This document shows, in pieces, positions 8,851 through 20,991 of a stretch of DNA of 64,000 bases; position 1 is the stretch's first letter, and the number at the start of each line of letters is the position of its first letter. Source of the DNA: Halarcobacter sp. (GTDB taxonomy: Bacteria; Campylobacterota; Campylobacteria; Campylobacterales; Arcobacteraceae); the NCBI GenBank assembly GCA_048571215.1, contig CP182352.1, positions 1,376,001-1,440,000 on the forward strand, written 5' to 3'. The notes beneath the pieces were generated by a model. It saw only the letters and a program-made list of their open reading frames with translations, made no database searches and was not told the origin of the DNA. The position numbers and the translations under genes were made by a program.

Positions 8851-10056
8851 TTGAATAAAGAATTAGTTAATTTTATTGTCAAAAAATATTTAAAATTTGA
8901 CAAAAAAAATCCATTTATATCAATAAGTGCAATCTTAGCATTTATTGGTGTAGCTATTGGTGTTATGGTACTTATCATCACTATGGCTATTATGAATGGT
9001 ACAGCAAAAGAGTTTGAAAGTAAACTTTTTACTATGAACTATCCTATCTCCTTATATCCAAAATATATAGATACTATAAACAAAGACTTATTAAAAGATT
9101 TAGAAAAAAAATTTCCTAAACTAAAATTTTCTCCTTATCTTTCTTCACAAGTTATTGTTCAAAAAGATCAAGATATGAGTGGAGGAGTTATTTTTGGAGT
9201 AGATCCCAAAAGAGAATCTCAAATAAATAGTATATATAAAAAAGCTATTAAGAATGTTAATTTATCTAAATATGATGCAATTTTAGGATATGGGATACAA
9301 GAATCTTTATATCTAGCAATCAATGATAAGGTAACACTATATTTTACATCATTAAACCCTACAGGTTTTTCTATGATACCAAAAATGAAAAGATTTAACT
9401 ATAAAGGTTATTTCAAATCTGGATTACATGCTTATGATAAAGCATATATTTATACTTCTATTGAAGCTTTACAAACTATTTTAAAAAAAGATTCAAACAG
9501 TTATGATGGGATACATGTGTATTCAGATAATGCAATGAAAGATATAAAAGCAATACAAGAATTTCTAATAGGTAAAGGGGTTGGGGCTATTGGTTGGTGG
9601 CAACAAAATGGAAACTTCTTTGCAGCTATGCAAATGGAAAAGAAGGCTTTATTTGTTGTATTGATGCTGATTATTCTTGTAGCTTCATTAAATATTCTTT
9701 CATCACTACTAATGACTGTTATGAGTAGAAGAAAAGAGATTGCTCTACTTTTATCTATGGGTTCATCATACAAAGAGATAAAACAGATTTTCTTAAGGCT
9801 TGGGATGATAATAGGTGTTTCAGGAATACTTACGGGAGTTAGTTTAGGTTTCTTTGGTATGTGGCTACTTGATACTTTTGATATTATATCTTTGCCTGCT
9901 GATGTATATGGAACTTCTAAACTTCCTTTAGATTTATCAAGTATTGATTTCTCTTTTATTGTTATTGGAGCTATATTTATAGTATTTTTATCATCATATT
10001 ATCCAGCAAAAAAAGCTACAAAAATAGATGTTATAGATGTCTTAAGAAATGAGTAG
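8851..10056 (+). CDS. Lipoprotein-releasing ABC transporter permease (LolC/E, LolF-type)
   Basis: FtsX/MacB-like 4-TM topology, IILVASLNI..RRKEIALL; TTG start; next to lolA/secA. Confidence 0.88.
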   Translation: MNKELVNFIVKKYLKFDKKNPFISISAILAFIGVAIGVMVLIITMAIMNGTAKEFESKLFTMNYPISLYPKYIDTINKDLLKDLEKKFPKLKFSPYLSSQVIVQKDQDMSGGVIFGVDPKRESQINSIYKKAIKNVNLSKYDAILGYGIQESLYLAINDKVTLYFTSLNPTGFSMIPKMKRFNYKGYFKSGLHAYDKAYIYTSIEALQTILKKDSNSYDGIHVYSDNAMKDIKAIQEFLIGKGVGAIGWWQQNGNFFAAMQMEKKALFVVLMLIILVASLNILSSLLMTVMSRRKEIALLLSMGSSYKEIKQIFLRLGMIIGVSGILTGVSLGFFGMWLLDTFDIISLPADVYGTSKLPLDLSSIDFSFIVIGAIFIVFLSSYYPAKKATKIDVIDVLRNE

Positions 10057-10075
10057 ATAGTAAATACTATCTACT
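10052..10075. terminator. Bidirectional terminator between convergent genes
   Basis: AGTAGATAGTA-AA-TACTATCTACT perfect inverted repeat. Confidence 0.75.
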
Positions 10076-13025
10076 TTTTCTCCTCTTTTTTCTCATCAGA
10101 TTCAAATAATTTCATAGGTGAAGTTATGATTCTTTTTATAAAATTATATGGTGCTTTAATTCCCTCTTTTATAAAAACAGTTTTATACTGTGGTTCTTCT
10201 AGGGTACCATATATTTGTACCTTAGTTGAAACTCTATTTTCATCCCCTAAAAGAATATAATTTACAACAGGAATAGAGCCAACTATTTTTGAATAATTTT
10301 TAAAAAATACCATTTTTAATTCAGAGTCAACCTTTGAAGTCTTAAAATCAATAGTAGTATACCCATCAAAATCTATCCCATTTCCTTTGGTAAAAACTCT
10401 TTTCATATTCAAAAACTTATCATCTAAATTATAAGTAAAATCTATTTGTCCTTCTACAACTCTATATCCATTTAGATTAAAGCCTCCATTTGTTGCCATA
10501 CCAACAACAGATGGGATTGCTAAAAGTGGATTAATTAAGCCAGGTGATGTATTTACCAATATTAAAAGATTATTTAAAATAGCTAAATCCACTATTTTAC
10601 TATTAGTAATATCAGCTTTCCCTGTAATAATCCCATTACTACCCTCAGCATTAATATTTACTATACCACCCTCAATTAAGTTTTTTCCAAATAATGCATT
10701 TAGAAACTTGTCATTCATATTTAAAGCATTAACTTTAATTTTTCCATCAAAACCTTTATAATATTTGAAACTTATTTCATCATTTGTTAGATCTATTTTA
10801 GTTTGATGGTTTTCAAAAATAAAATTGTATTTTTTTGCTTTGGCAATATGTTTTTTATTTATTATTATATTTGAATTGATTCCATCAATATAATAAGCAG
10901 TAGTATTCTTCTCATCTGTCTCATCACTTGTATTATATATAACATCATATCCATTAAGACTCATTTTTACTTTTTCATTTTTTATATTATAGTCAAGTTC
11001 TAAATTTTTGTCTGATGACTCTATTTTTATAATATCACCATTATAGATGCCATCAACTTGCAAGTGAGTTATTTTTTTTCCATCTTTTGATATTGGTAAA
11101 TCCAAGCCTATTACATCTGCACTAAACTTTATTTCATTATTTTCTATTTTAAAATTTGCCCAATTTGCTTTATAAGTATGTTTATCATCTATAATAATAT
11201 TACTATTGCTTACTTCTAACTTCAAATTTGGTAGAGTTTTATTTTTTTCATCTTTATTATTTGATATATCTACATCAAAATTTACCAATTTAACTAAAGG
11301 TAAACTATTATCAAGTAACTCTATTTGTATATCTTTTTCTTCATTGTATAGCTCAGTCTTATTATCTTTTACTATACCTTTTAGTTTTAAACTATCAATT
11401 TTTTTACCATTTTTGTATATAGGATAATCAATACTATTTGTTTGAAAGTTAAACTCAATATTATTTTCATCAACTATATCTAACGAGAGTTCACCACTTG
11501 TAATATCAGCATCTTTTAAAATATCACTATAATTATAAAGGGTACCTAACTTTCTAATTAAAACATTTATATTTTCTTTTTGGATATTTATAAGTGTATT
11601 TAAATCAACTAAATCAATAGTTGTATTTTCATTAAAATCTACTTTTAATTTTGTGTCAAAATCTTTTAACTTTATTACACTTTTATTTTTAGAATCTATT
11701 TTAAACTCTTTTATAAAGGCACTACCTTTTGCTAGATGTTTTTTAGTATCAATATCAAGTTTTACTTTTGCATTTAACATATCTTTATGGGAAACATCTG
11801 AATCAACAATCTTAACAAGAGTATCTTTTAAAACCACATTTGCATCTTTAATAAAAAAATCAAAGTTATTTAGTTTCATATTTGCATTTTTTATATGAAA
11901 TTTACCATCAATATCCATTTTATTTTTGGCTAAATAAGGGATTTTTAGAACTAAAGACGAACTAGCTTTTCCATCAAGTTGTTTTAAGGGAAGATTTATT
12001 TTGAAAGCTTTTAAAATCTCTAAAATATCATCATTTAAAATTGAATTGGTTTTTAAATCAACAATAACCCGTCCTTTGCTAAGACTAGTTAAATGTTCTA
12101 TATATACCCTACTTCCATCTATACTATTACCATTATATGAGGGTTTGTCCAAATCAAAATATAGTGTGTCTTTTTTAAAATTAATTGTTAATTTTGAAGT
12201 ATCTACAACTTTTGCAGCTTTGTTAAACCTTATCTTTGCATTATCAATAGTAGCATTACCTTTTAAGTCATGCTCTAAAAGTTTCATTTTGTTTATATCA
12301 AATTTACCATAAAGATAATTTAGTGTGATATCCCCTGTAACATTATCATACATCCATTGCTCTGCAACTTTATCCAACCTAATAAAATCTTTTAAAAAGG
12401 AAATACTTTTTATACTATTTATAGTATTAATATAAAAATCTAAGATATCATCTTTTAATTGAATATTTATATCCCCGTCAACAGCTTTATAGTTATATGA
12501 ACCAAAAAAGTTAATAATATTTTTTCTTGTATCAACTTTCGATTTACCAAATAGAGTTAAACCACTATTTTTAATATATAATGAGCTTATATCCATAGTT
12601 ATTTGAGAAGCTGCAAAACTAAGTGAGGAAGCTAGATTTATCTCGTTGTTATCTAGATACATATAGTTTTTATTTAAAGTAAAAGTAAAATGATTATCAC
12701 CAATATTTAATCTCTCTATATCTATTCTTTCAAATGTATTTAAAATTAATGGAAGATTTGAAAGAGTATTATATATAGCTTTAGTATCATTAGCAACTTT
12801 TTTTCTATTTTTTCCAAAAGAAAAGTTTAATTTGCCAATTTCTAAAATAAGTTTTTTATCATATTTTAAATACAATTTCGAAACAGAAAAGTTTCCAAAA
12901 GAAAATGAATCAACTTTTATTCCCAAAAACAAGGACAAACCAATTATAAATAATAAACAAATAAAAAAAACTGCTATTAGTTTGATAATTTTTAACACTA
13001 TTGAACTATTCCTTATAACTACCAT
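10071..13025 (-). CDS. AsmA-like / YhdP-like (DUF3971) inner-membrane-anchored periplasmic protein
   Basis: N-terminal TM, long beta-rich body, C-terminal IPVVNYILLG..GTLEEP typical of AsmA_2; start uncertain. Confidence 0.8.
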   Translation of the reverse strand: MVVIRNSSIVLKIIKLIAVFFICLLFIIGLSLFLGIKVDSFSFGNFSVSKLYLKYDKKLILEIGKLNFSFGKNRKKVANDTKAIYNTLSNLPLILNTFERIDIERLNIGDNHFTFTLNKNYMYLDNNEINLASSLSFAASQITMDISSLYIKNSGLTLFGKSKVDTRKNIINFFGSYNYKAVDGDINIQLKDDILDFYINTINSIKSISFLKDFIRLDKVAEQWMYDNVTGDITLNYLYGKFDINKMKLLEHDLKGNATIDNAKIRFNKAAKVVDTSKLTINFKKDTLYFDLDKPSYNGNSIDGSRVYIEHLTSLSKGRVIVDLKTNSILNDDILEILKAFKINLPLKQLDGKASSSLVLKIPYLAKNKMDIDGKFHIKNANMKLNNFDFFIKDANVVLKDTLVKIVDSDVSHKDMLNAKVKLDIDTKKHLAKGSAFIKEFKIDSKNKSVIKLKDFDTKLKVDFNENTTIDLVDLNTLINIQKENINVLIRKLGTLYNYSDILKDADITSGELSLDIVDENNIEFNFQTNSIDYPIYKNGKKIDSLKLKGIVKDNKTELYNEEKDIQIELLDNSLPLVKLVNFDVDISNNKDEKNKTLPNLKLEVSNSNIIIDDKHTYKANWANFKIENNEIKFSADVIGLDLPISKDGKKITHLQVDGIYNGDIIKIESSDKNLELDYNIKNEKVKMSLNGYDVIYNTSDETDEKNTTAYYIDGINSNIIINKKHIAKAKKYNFIFENHQTKIDLTNDEISFKYYKGFDGKIKVNALNMNDKFLNALFGKNLIEGGIVNINAEGSNGIITGKADITNSKIVDLAILNNLLILVNTSPGLINPLLAIPSVVGMATNGGFNLNGYRVVEGQIDFTYNLDDKFLNMKRVFTKGNGIDFDGYTTIDFKTSKVDSELKMVFFKNYSKIVGSIPVVNYILLGDENRVSTKVQIYGTLEEPQYKTVFIKEGIKAPYNFIKRIITSPMKLFESDEKKEEKK

Positions 13026-14040
13026 ATCAATACTTTTTTATTTAAATATAACACTTAGTTCTACTAAAGTATTGTATATACCTAAAGGTAGTACTTCATA
13101 TATTATAACATATTTAAACAAAACAGGTTATGAGGTAAACTATCTTGATAAACTTATAATTAAACTTTTAGGTTATCCCCAAAGTGGTTGGATAGATCTA
13201 AAATCACAGTATATGACAAAAGCAGATTTTTTAATAAAACTAACAAGATCAAAAGCAGCTTTAAAAACTGTTACACTAATTCCAGGGGAGACTTATTATA
13301 TCTTTTTACAAGATATTGCAAAGAGATTTAATCTTTCATTTGATAAATTATTAAAAGTTTATAAAGAGCATGCCTACAAAAATGATGGTAATATTTTAGC
13401 TGAAACCTACTCTTTACCATATGGAATGAAAGAGGATCATTTAGTTTATTATCTATTTTCTCAAACAAATAGCAAATATGAAGAGTTTTCAAAAAAAATA
13501 TTTGGTTATTATGATAAAAAAAATTGGTACTACTATATAACTATTGCCTCAATTATTCAAAAAGAAGCAGCTACTGTAGATGAGATGCCTATAGTCTCAA
13601 GTGTAATATATAATAGACTAAAAAAGGGTATGGCTTTACAAATGGATGGAACTTTGAATTATGCAGAATATTCCCATGTAAAAATCACCGCATCTAGAAT
13701 AAAAGAGGATTTATCATCATATAACACTTACAAAAATAAAGGTCTGCCTAAACATCCTATTTGTGCAGTAAGCTTAAATGCTATAAAAGCTGCAATTTTC
13801 CCAGTAAAAAGTGATTATATATATTTTGTAAAGGATAATAGAACAGGTTTACATAAGTTTTCTTCATCATATAAAGCACATGTTAATAATATCAAAGCAA
13901 ACAAAGGTGTTAAAAAAAGTTACACTAAAGTAAAAGAGAAAGAAACAATTTTAGATAAAGAAGCTAAAAAAATCATGGAAACTGATGTAACAAAGCAAAA
14001 ACCTACCTCAATTAAAGATTTATGGAAAAGTGTAAATTGA
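12832..14040 (+). CDS. mltG: Endolytic transglycosylase MltG (start uncertain; TTG 12832 or TTG 12982)
   Basis: LYIPKGS, TLIPGET, ASIIQKE, VIYNRL..LQMDGT, YNTYKNKGLP, YIYFV. Confidence 0.92.
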   Translation: MPISKISFLSYFKYNFETEKFPKENESTFIPKNKDKPIINNKQIKKTAISLIIFNTIELFLITTISILFYLNITLSSTKVLYIPKGSTSYIITYLNKTGYEVNYLDKLIIKLLGYPQSGWIDLKSQYMTKADFLIKLTRSKAALKTVTLIPGETYYIFLQDIAKRFNLSFDKLLKVYKEHAYKNDGNILAETYSLPYGMKEDHLVYYLFSQTNSKYEEFSKKIFGYYDKKNWYYYITIASIIQKEAATVDEMPIVSSVIYNRLKKGMALQMDGTLNYAEYSHVKITASRIKEDLSSYNTYKNKGLPKHPICAVSLNAIKAAIFPVKSDYIYFVKDNRTGLHKFSSSYKAHVNNIKANKGVKKSYTKVKEKETILDKEAKKIMETDVTKQKPTSIKDLWKSVN

Positions 14041-14143
14041 TTTTGTGAAAAATTGAAACATAGAAAATATACAATGGGAAATTAATTAATTTTTCATAAA
14101 TAACAAATTTAAATACTGCTATGATACTTCTACTTTAAATTAA

Positions 14144-16351
<2,208 letters not shown>

Positions 16352-16369
16352 TTTATAATCCATAATCTT

Positions 16370-16401
16370 AAAAGGTAGAGTTCTTCACTCTACCTTTTTT
16401 T
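16370..16401 (+). terminator. Intrinsic terminator after icd
   Basis: AAAAGGTAGAG-TTCTTCA-CTCTACCTTTT + T run. Confidence 0.85.
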
Positions 16402-16515
16402 ATGCACTTTTTTTATATACTTTTTTTAATTTTTTGCCTAATTTTCATATTTGCTTTTATGCTAAGAGCGAACTCGATATAATCACAAAAACTATAGATA
16501 ATAAAAGGTTTATAA

Positions 16516-17457
16516 GTGAATAATAAAAAAGTTGGAATAATTGGTGTTGGAAATGTAGGTTCTACTTTAGCTTACACTTTAGCTTCTAAAGCTGCTTGTT
16601 CGTCAATTATATTAAAAGATATTAGAGAAAATATTGTTCAGGCAATGGCTTTAGATATATCACAAGCTTCAAATGCTGTAAAATCTCACACAAGAGTTAA
16701 AGCTGCAAGTAGTGGAAAAGATTTAGAAAATTGTGATTTGATAGTTGTAACAGCAGGACTTCCTAGGACACCTGGTATGTCTAGAGATGATTTATTAATT
16801 AAAAATGCAAATATAATGGAATCTGTTTTAAAAGATGTAAAAGAGTATTCCTCAAATGCAAAATTAATTATAGTTTCTAATCCTCTAGATGCCATGGTTT
16901 ATACAGCCCTTAAAATTACTGGTTTTCCAAGAAATCAAGTAATTGGAATGGCTGGTATTTTAGATAGTGCTAGAATGAGTCACTTTATTTTAGAAAAGCT
17001 TGGTTATGGTGCTGGACAAATAGAATCTTCTGTAATGGGTGGACATGGTGATGATATGGTTCCACTTCCAAACTATTCAACAGTTGCAGGTGTTCCTTTA
17101 TATGAGCTTTTAAGTACAGATGAGATAGATGAAATTGTAACAAACACAAAGAATGGTGGAGCACAAATTGTTAAATATCTAGAAACTGGCTCTGCTTATT
17201 ATGCTCCTGCTCATGCAACTTCTCTTATGGTTGAAGCTATTTTACATAATAAAAAGAAAATTTATCCATGTGCTGTTATGTTAGAAGGTGAATATGGATA
17301 TAAAGATGTTGTAAGTGGAATACCTGTAATGTTAGGTGCAAATGGTATTGAAAAAATTATTGAATTAAATTTAAATATAAAACAAGAAGAACTGTTTGCA
17401 AACTCTATTAAATCAGTACAAGGTTTAATTGAAGTATTAGAGAATAGATTTTTCTAA
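16516..17457 (+). CDS. mdh: LDH-like malate dehydrogenase
   Basis: GVGNVG, TAGLPRTPGMSRDDL, SNPLD, LDSAR, GGHGD; GTG start. Confidence 0.95.
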   Translation: MNNKKVGIIGVGNVGSTLAYTLASKAACSSIILKDIRENIVQAMALDISQASNAVKSHTRVKAASSGKDLENCDLIVVTAGLPRTPGMSRDDLLIKNANIMESVLKDVKEYSSNAKLIIVSNPLDAMVYTALKITGFPRNQVIGMAGILDSARMSHFILEKLGYGAGQIESSVMGGHGDDMVPLPNYSTVAGVPLYELLSTDEIDEIVTNTKNGGAQIVKYLETGSAYYAPAHATSLMVEAILHNKKKIYPCAVMLEGEYGYKDVVSGIPVMLGANGIEKIIELNLNIKQEELFANSIKSVQGLIEVLENRFF

Positions 17458-17494
17458 TATCTAGCTTTATATAATAAAAAATGAAAGGACTATT

Positions 17495-17794
17495 ATGAAA
17501 AAAACATTAGAAGTTTATAATGTAAAATGTGGTGGATGTGCTAACACTCTAACGAGTGCACTAAAAGAAGATTTTGGGGAAGTTACAGTTAACTTAGATG
17601 TTGAACCAAGACAAATTACACTTGAAATTGAAGATGATAAAATTCAAGAGCTTAAAACAAAACTTAGAAGTTTAGGTTACCCCCTAACAACAGATGAGTT
17701 AAGTGGTTTTGAAAAAGCTACAACTACAGCAAAAAGCTTTGTAAGTTGTGCTGTAGGTAAGTTTAATGTGGCAACAGGTAAAAATGATAATTAA
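17495..17794 (+). CDS. Heavy-metal-associated (HMA/CopZ-like) domain protein
   Basis: N-terminal NVKCGGC metal-binding motif; LRSLGYP. Confidence 0.85.
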   Translation: MKKTLEVYNVKCGGCANTLTSALKEDFGEVTVNLDVEPRQITLEIEDDKIQELKTKLRSLGYPLTTDELSGFEKATTTAKSFVSCAVGKFNVATGKNDN

Positions 17795-17865
17795 AATTAT
17801 CATATAAAGATTTAAAGATATTTGCAATAAGATTATATTATAAAATTTTCTTTTAGGAGGAAATT

Positions 17866-18246
17866 ATGCAAATGCATAAACACGAACTAACAGTTGGTAT
17901 ACAAAAAGTTGATAGTAGTTTTTTACTTACTATAAAAGCAGTTGGTAAACTTACCCATGAAGATTATCAAACAATAAACCCTATGATTGATTCAGCCATT
18001 GAAGGTATTAAAAATCCTAAAATTAGAGCTATTGTTGATTGTACTGAGCTTGATGGTTGGGAACTTGAAGCTGCTTGGGATGATTTAAAACTTGGACTTA
18101 AACATGGAAATGAGTTTGAAAAGATTGCCATAATCAATAGCAAAACTTGGATAAAAGTTGGTTCTATAATAGCAGCTTGGTTTATCCAAGGAGAAGTAAA
18201 AAACTTCGAAAATGAGTTAGAAGCCTTTGAATGGATAAATGAATAA
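17866..18246 (+). CDS. STAS/SEC14 (SpoIIAA-like) domain protein
   Basis: GKLTHEDY..GWELEAAWDDLKLG..EKIAII..EAFEWI. Confidence 0.85.
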   Translation: MQMHKHELTVGIQKVDSSFLLTIKAVGKLTHEDYQTINPMIDSAIEGIKNPKIRAIVDCTELDGWELEAAWDDLKLGLKHGNEFEKIAIINSKTWIKVGSIIAAWFIQGEVKNFENELEAFEWINE

Positions 18247-18275
18247 GATGCAGAGATTTTATCTCTGTATCTTTT
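18245..18275. terminator. Bidirectional terminator
   Basis: AAGATGCAGAGAT-TTT-ATCTCTGTATCTT between convergent genes. Confidence 0.8.
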
Positions 18276-19335
18276 ACTGTAAAAGTGGTAGTTTATTTAA
18301 TAAATCTTCACAATAATCCCATTGCTCTAGAGTATCTCTCCACTCTTTTGGAATACCATTTACCCCAAAATAAGCCCCAAGTACCATACCAATCATAATA
18401 CCTCTAGAAGCATTATCACCACCAACCATAGCATTAGCTTGAAGTGCTTTTTTAAGACCATCTTCTTTGTTGGCATATTTTAAGATAAAATAAATACTTC
18501 CAGGCATAGTTCCTTCAGTAGGACTAGCTTTTCCTACTTTTATAGGTTCACTTCTCCCCACATCCCAAAGTCTTGCCATTGAGGTGAGTGCTAAATCATC
18601 ACTAAACTGCTCTTTTGATAAATCAGATTCAGGATTTGATTCCTCTTCATATTTTGCAATTGCTTGCTTAACTTTATCTTGATAAAAACCACCCAAAAGT
18701 TTTCCAACCTCTTCTATTGCAACTCTTGGTTTGGCTCCATTTATAACTCGGTTTGTAACCCTAGCAAAAAACTCTGCTCCACCTAAGGCATGGGATTCTT
18801 TATGGGTAAACATAGCTTTTTTTGCCACATCTACTAAGACTTCTTCATCATCATAATAAGCATGAGCTGCCACATGTCTTATGGCTGTTGCATTTGAATA
18901 TCCACCTAAATCTTCTACTTTTACACCTCTTTTTACTTGGGCATAGGTTTCCCTTGTCATTGTACAAATCCAAGAGCCCCAACTATTTTCTAATCTATTC
19001 ATCCAATGGGGAATGACAGCTTTTACCTCAAACTCTTGAATAGGATTTGCAGTTTTTGCTAAATATTCTAATATAAGAATATTATAATCCCCATAATCAG
19101 TTGTTCCACCAGCTTTTTTGCCAGGATGATAGTTTTGTTCACCCCAACCTATTCCATGAGTCATTCCACCCATCATTTCACCTGGGCTCATAAACTTTTC
19201 TATGGGTTTTTCACCATATGCCTTATATATCTTTTTTGCGTCATATTCATAATGACTACCTAAACATAAAGCATCTGCAACAATTGATGCAAAAAAAGCA
19301 CCTCGTATAGAGTCTTGTTTTGTAATATTATTCAT
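18274..19335 (-). CDS. ADP-ribosylglycohydrolase (DraG/ARH/crystallin J1) family protein, atypical motifs
   Basis: IRGA..IVADAL, GGTTDYGD, FTH, GGDNASRG..G..LGAYFG..GIPKEW. Confidence 0.85.
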   Translation of the reverse strand: MNNITKQDSIRGAFFASIVADALCLGSHYEYDAKKIYKAYGEKPIEKFMSPGEMMGGMTHGIGWGEQNYHPGKKAGGTTDYGDYNILILEYLAKTANPIQEFEVKAVIPHWMNRLENSWGSWICTMTRETYAQVKRGVKVEDLGGYSNATAIRHVAAHAYYDDEEVLVDVAKKAMFTHKESHALGGAEFFARVTNRVINGAKPRVAIEEVGKLLGGFYQDKVKQAIAKYEEESNPESDLSKEQFSDDLALTSMARLWDVGRSEPIKVGKASPTEGTMPGSIYFILKYANKEDGLKKALQANAMVGGDNASRGIMIGMVLGAYFGVNGIPKEWRDTLEQWDYCEDLLNKLPLLQ

Positions 19336-19371
19336 TTTTTTACCTAAGTTGTATGGTTGGGAGAGATTAAA

Positions 19372-19396
19372 AAAGGGTCATGAGATATGACCCTTT
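19372..19396 (-). terminator. Intrinsic terminator after sodB
   Basis: AAAGGGTCAT-GAGAT-ATGACCCTTT with T run on minus strand. Confidence 0.8.
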
Positions 19397-19416
19397 AAAT
19401 TAGATTGAGATTATAA

Positions 19417-19992
19417 CTATTTTAGATTTTGTGCTACAAAATCCCAATTAACTAGTTTCCAAAAATTTTCTAGATATTTTGGTCTTGCATTTCTTGTATC
19501 AATATAATAAGCATGCTCCCAAACATCACATGTTAATATAGGAGTTAAACCTTCAGTTATTGGAGTTTCAGCATTTGGCGTAGCCACAACCTCTAACTTA
19601 CCATTTTTATCTTTTACTAACCATGCCCAACCTGAACCAAAATGATTAACAGCAGTATTTGTAAATATTTCTTTAAATTTATCAACTGAACCAAATGCTT
19701 CATTTAATAAGCTTTCAACTTCTGATGGCATCTCACTACCATTAGGTGTTAAACCCTTCCAAAAAAAATCGTGGTTAAAAACTTGTGCAGAGTTATTAAA
19801 TACTCCACCATCAGAATCTTTAATAATATCTTCTAAAGGAAGTGCTTCATATTTTGTTCCTTCAATTAGACCATTCAATTTTGTTACATATGTTTGATGA
19901 TGTTTTCCATAGTGAAACTCTAAAGTTTCTTTTGACATATACGGTTCTAAAGCATCCAATTCATAAGGTAATTTCATTAATTCATGTGCCAT
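19417..19992 (-). CDS. sodB: Fe superoxide dismutase
   Basis: HYGKHHQTY, FNNSAQVFNH (Fe-type AQ), DVWEHAYY. Confidence 0.95.
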   Translation of the reverse strand: MAHELMKLPYELDALEPYMSKETLEFHYGKHHQTYVTKLNGLIEGTKYEALPLEDIIKDSDGGVFNNSAQVFNHDFFWKGLTPNGSEMPSEVESLLNEAFGSVDKFKEIFTNTAVNHFGSGWAWLVKDKNGKLEVVATPNAETPITEGLTPILTCDVWEHAYYIDTRNARPKYLENFWKLVNWDFVAQNLK

Positions 19993-20105
19993 ATTAATCT
20001 CCTTTTATATTTTAAGATATAATGATATATTACATAATTTATATTAACTGACAATAAGAAAGTTATAGTAGATTTATATTTAAGAAATAAATCACTTTAT
20101 ATAAA

Positions 20106-20693
20106 CTATTTTAATAATTTAACTAAAGGTTCTAATGACTTTTTCTTCTCTTCTTCAGTCATTGAACCATCTAAAGCTCCTGCCTTTACGCTACCTTCAT
20201 AGATTTTTGATACCATCCCCTCTTTTGTAAGTAAATATGCAAAAAACTTTGTTTTTGTTGTATCACTTAAGTTTAAGGTATTAACCATTTGAGCATCATC
20301 ATCGTAAATCATAGGGATATTTGTTCCCTTATTTAGTTCTTCTAGCTTTGAAGGTATAAACATCTTTTTTACAAACCAAGGTGCACTTGAAATATTTGCA
20401 ACCATAACGTAATTTTGTGAAATTTTAAATAATTTAGGTAAATCTTTTACAACTGAAAGTGAATCATGATTTCCTACAACTATTAAGGTTTCAACTCCTC
20501 TTTTAAATATCTTTTTTTTAGATACATCTTTATCAATGCCAACCAATTCATATATATCTGGCAACTTTTCATATTTTATCAAATTTACAACATTGTCATT
20601 AGCAACAATTTGCTTAGGTTTTTCAGCTGTAAAAAAAACTAATAATCCAAACGCAACCAGACCTAAAACTACAACTTTTATTAGATTTAACAT
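20106..20693 (-). CDS. Membrane-anchored hypothetical protein (possible thioredoxin-like/YtfJ-like fold)
   Basis: N-terminal TM; VANISSAPWFVKKMF..PMIYDD; fold is a guess. Confidence 0.6.
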   Translation of the reverse strand: MLNLIKVVVLGLVAFGLLVFFTAEKPKQIVANDNVVNLIKYEKLPDIYELVGIDKDVSKKKIFKRGVETLIVVGNHDSLSVVKDLPKLFKISQNYVMVANISSAPWFVKKMFIPSKLEELNKGTNIPMIYDDDAQMVNTLNLSDTTKTKFFAYLLTKEGMVSKIYEGSVKAGALDGSMTEEEKKKSLEPLVKLLK

Positions 20694-20830
20694 TTTGTAA
20701 ACTCCTTAGAAAATAAGTATATCACTAAAAGGTTAATTGCAAATTAATATATTATTTTACAATTTTATTTTCCCAAGACATTAAACTTTTTTTAAGATTT
20801 AATATATTATTATTTCGGTCTTAATTTAAC

Positions 20831-20907
20831 GCTGGTGTAGCTCAGTTGGCTAGAGCAGCTGATTTGTAATCAGCAGGTCGGGGGTTCAACTCCCTTCACC
20901 AGCTCCA
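20831..20907 (+). tRNA. tRNA-Thr (anticodon TGT)
   Basis: GCTGGTG..CACCAGC acceptor stem, GCTGA-TTTGTAA-TCAGC, GGTTCAACTCC, CCA. Confidence 0.97.
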
Positions 20908-20991
20908 CATTAATTTATCACTTTTGTACAAAATACTTATTATTTTATTAAAACTTAGTTATAATGGTATCTTTTAATAGGAAATAAATTT

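Noticed and set aside
20014..20040. Possible Fur/PerR box upstream of sodB (GATATAATGATATATTACATAAT)
   Set aside because: Only a partial match in very AT-rich DNA; not distinguishable from chance
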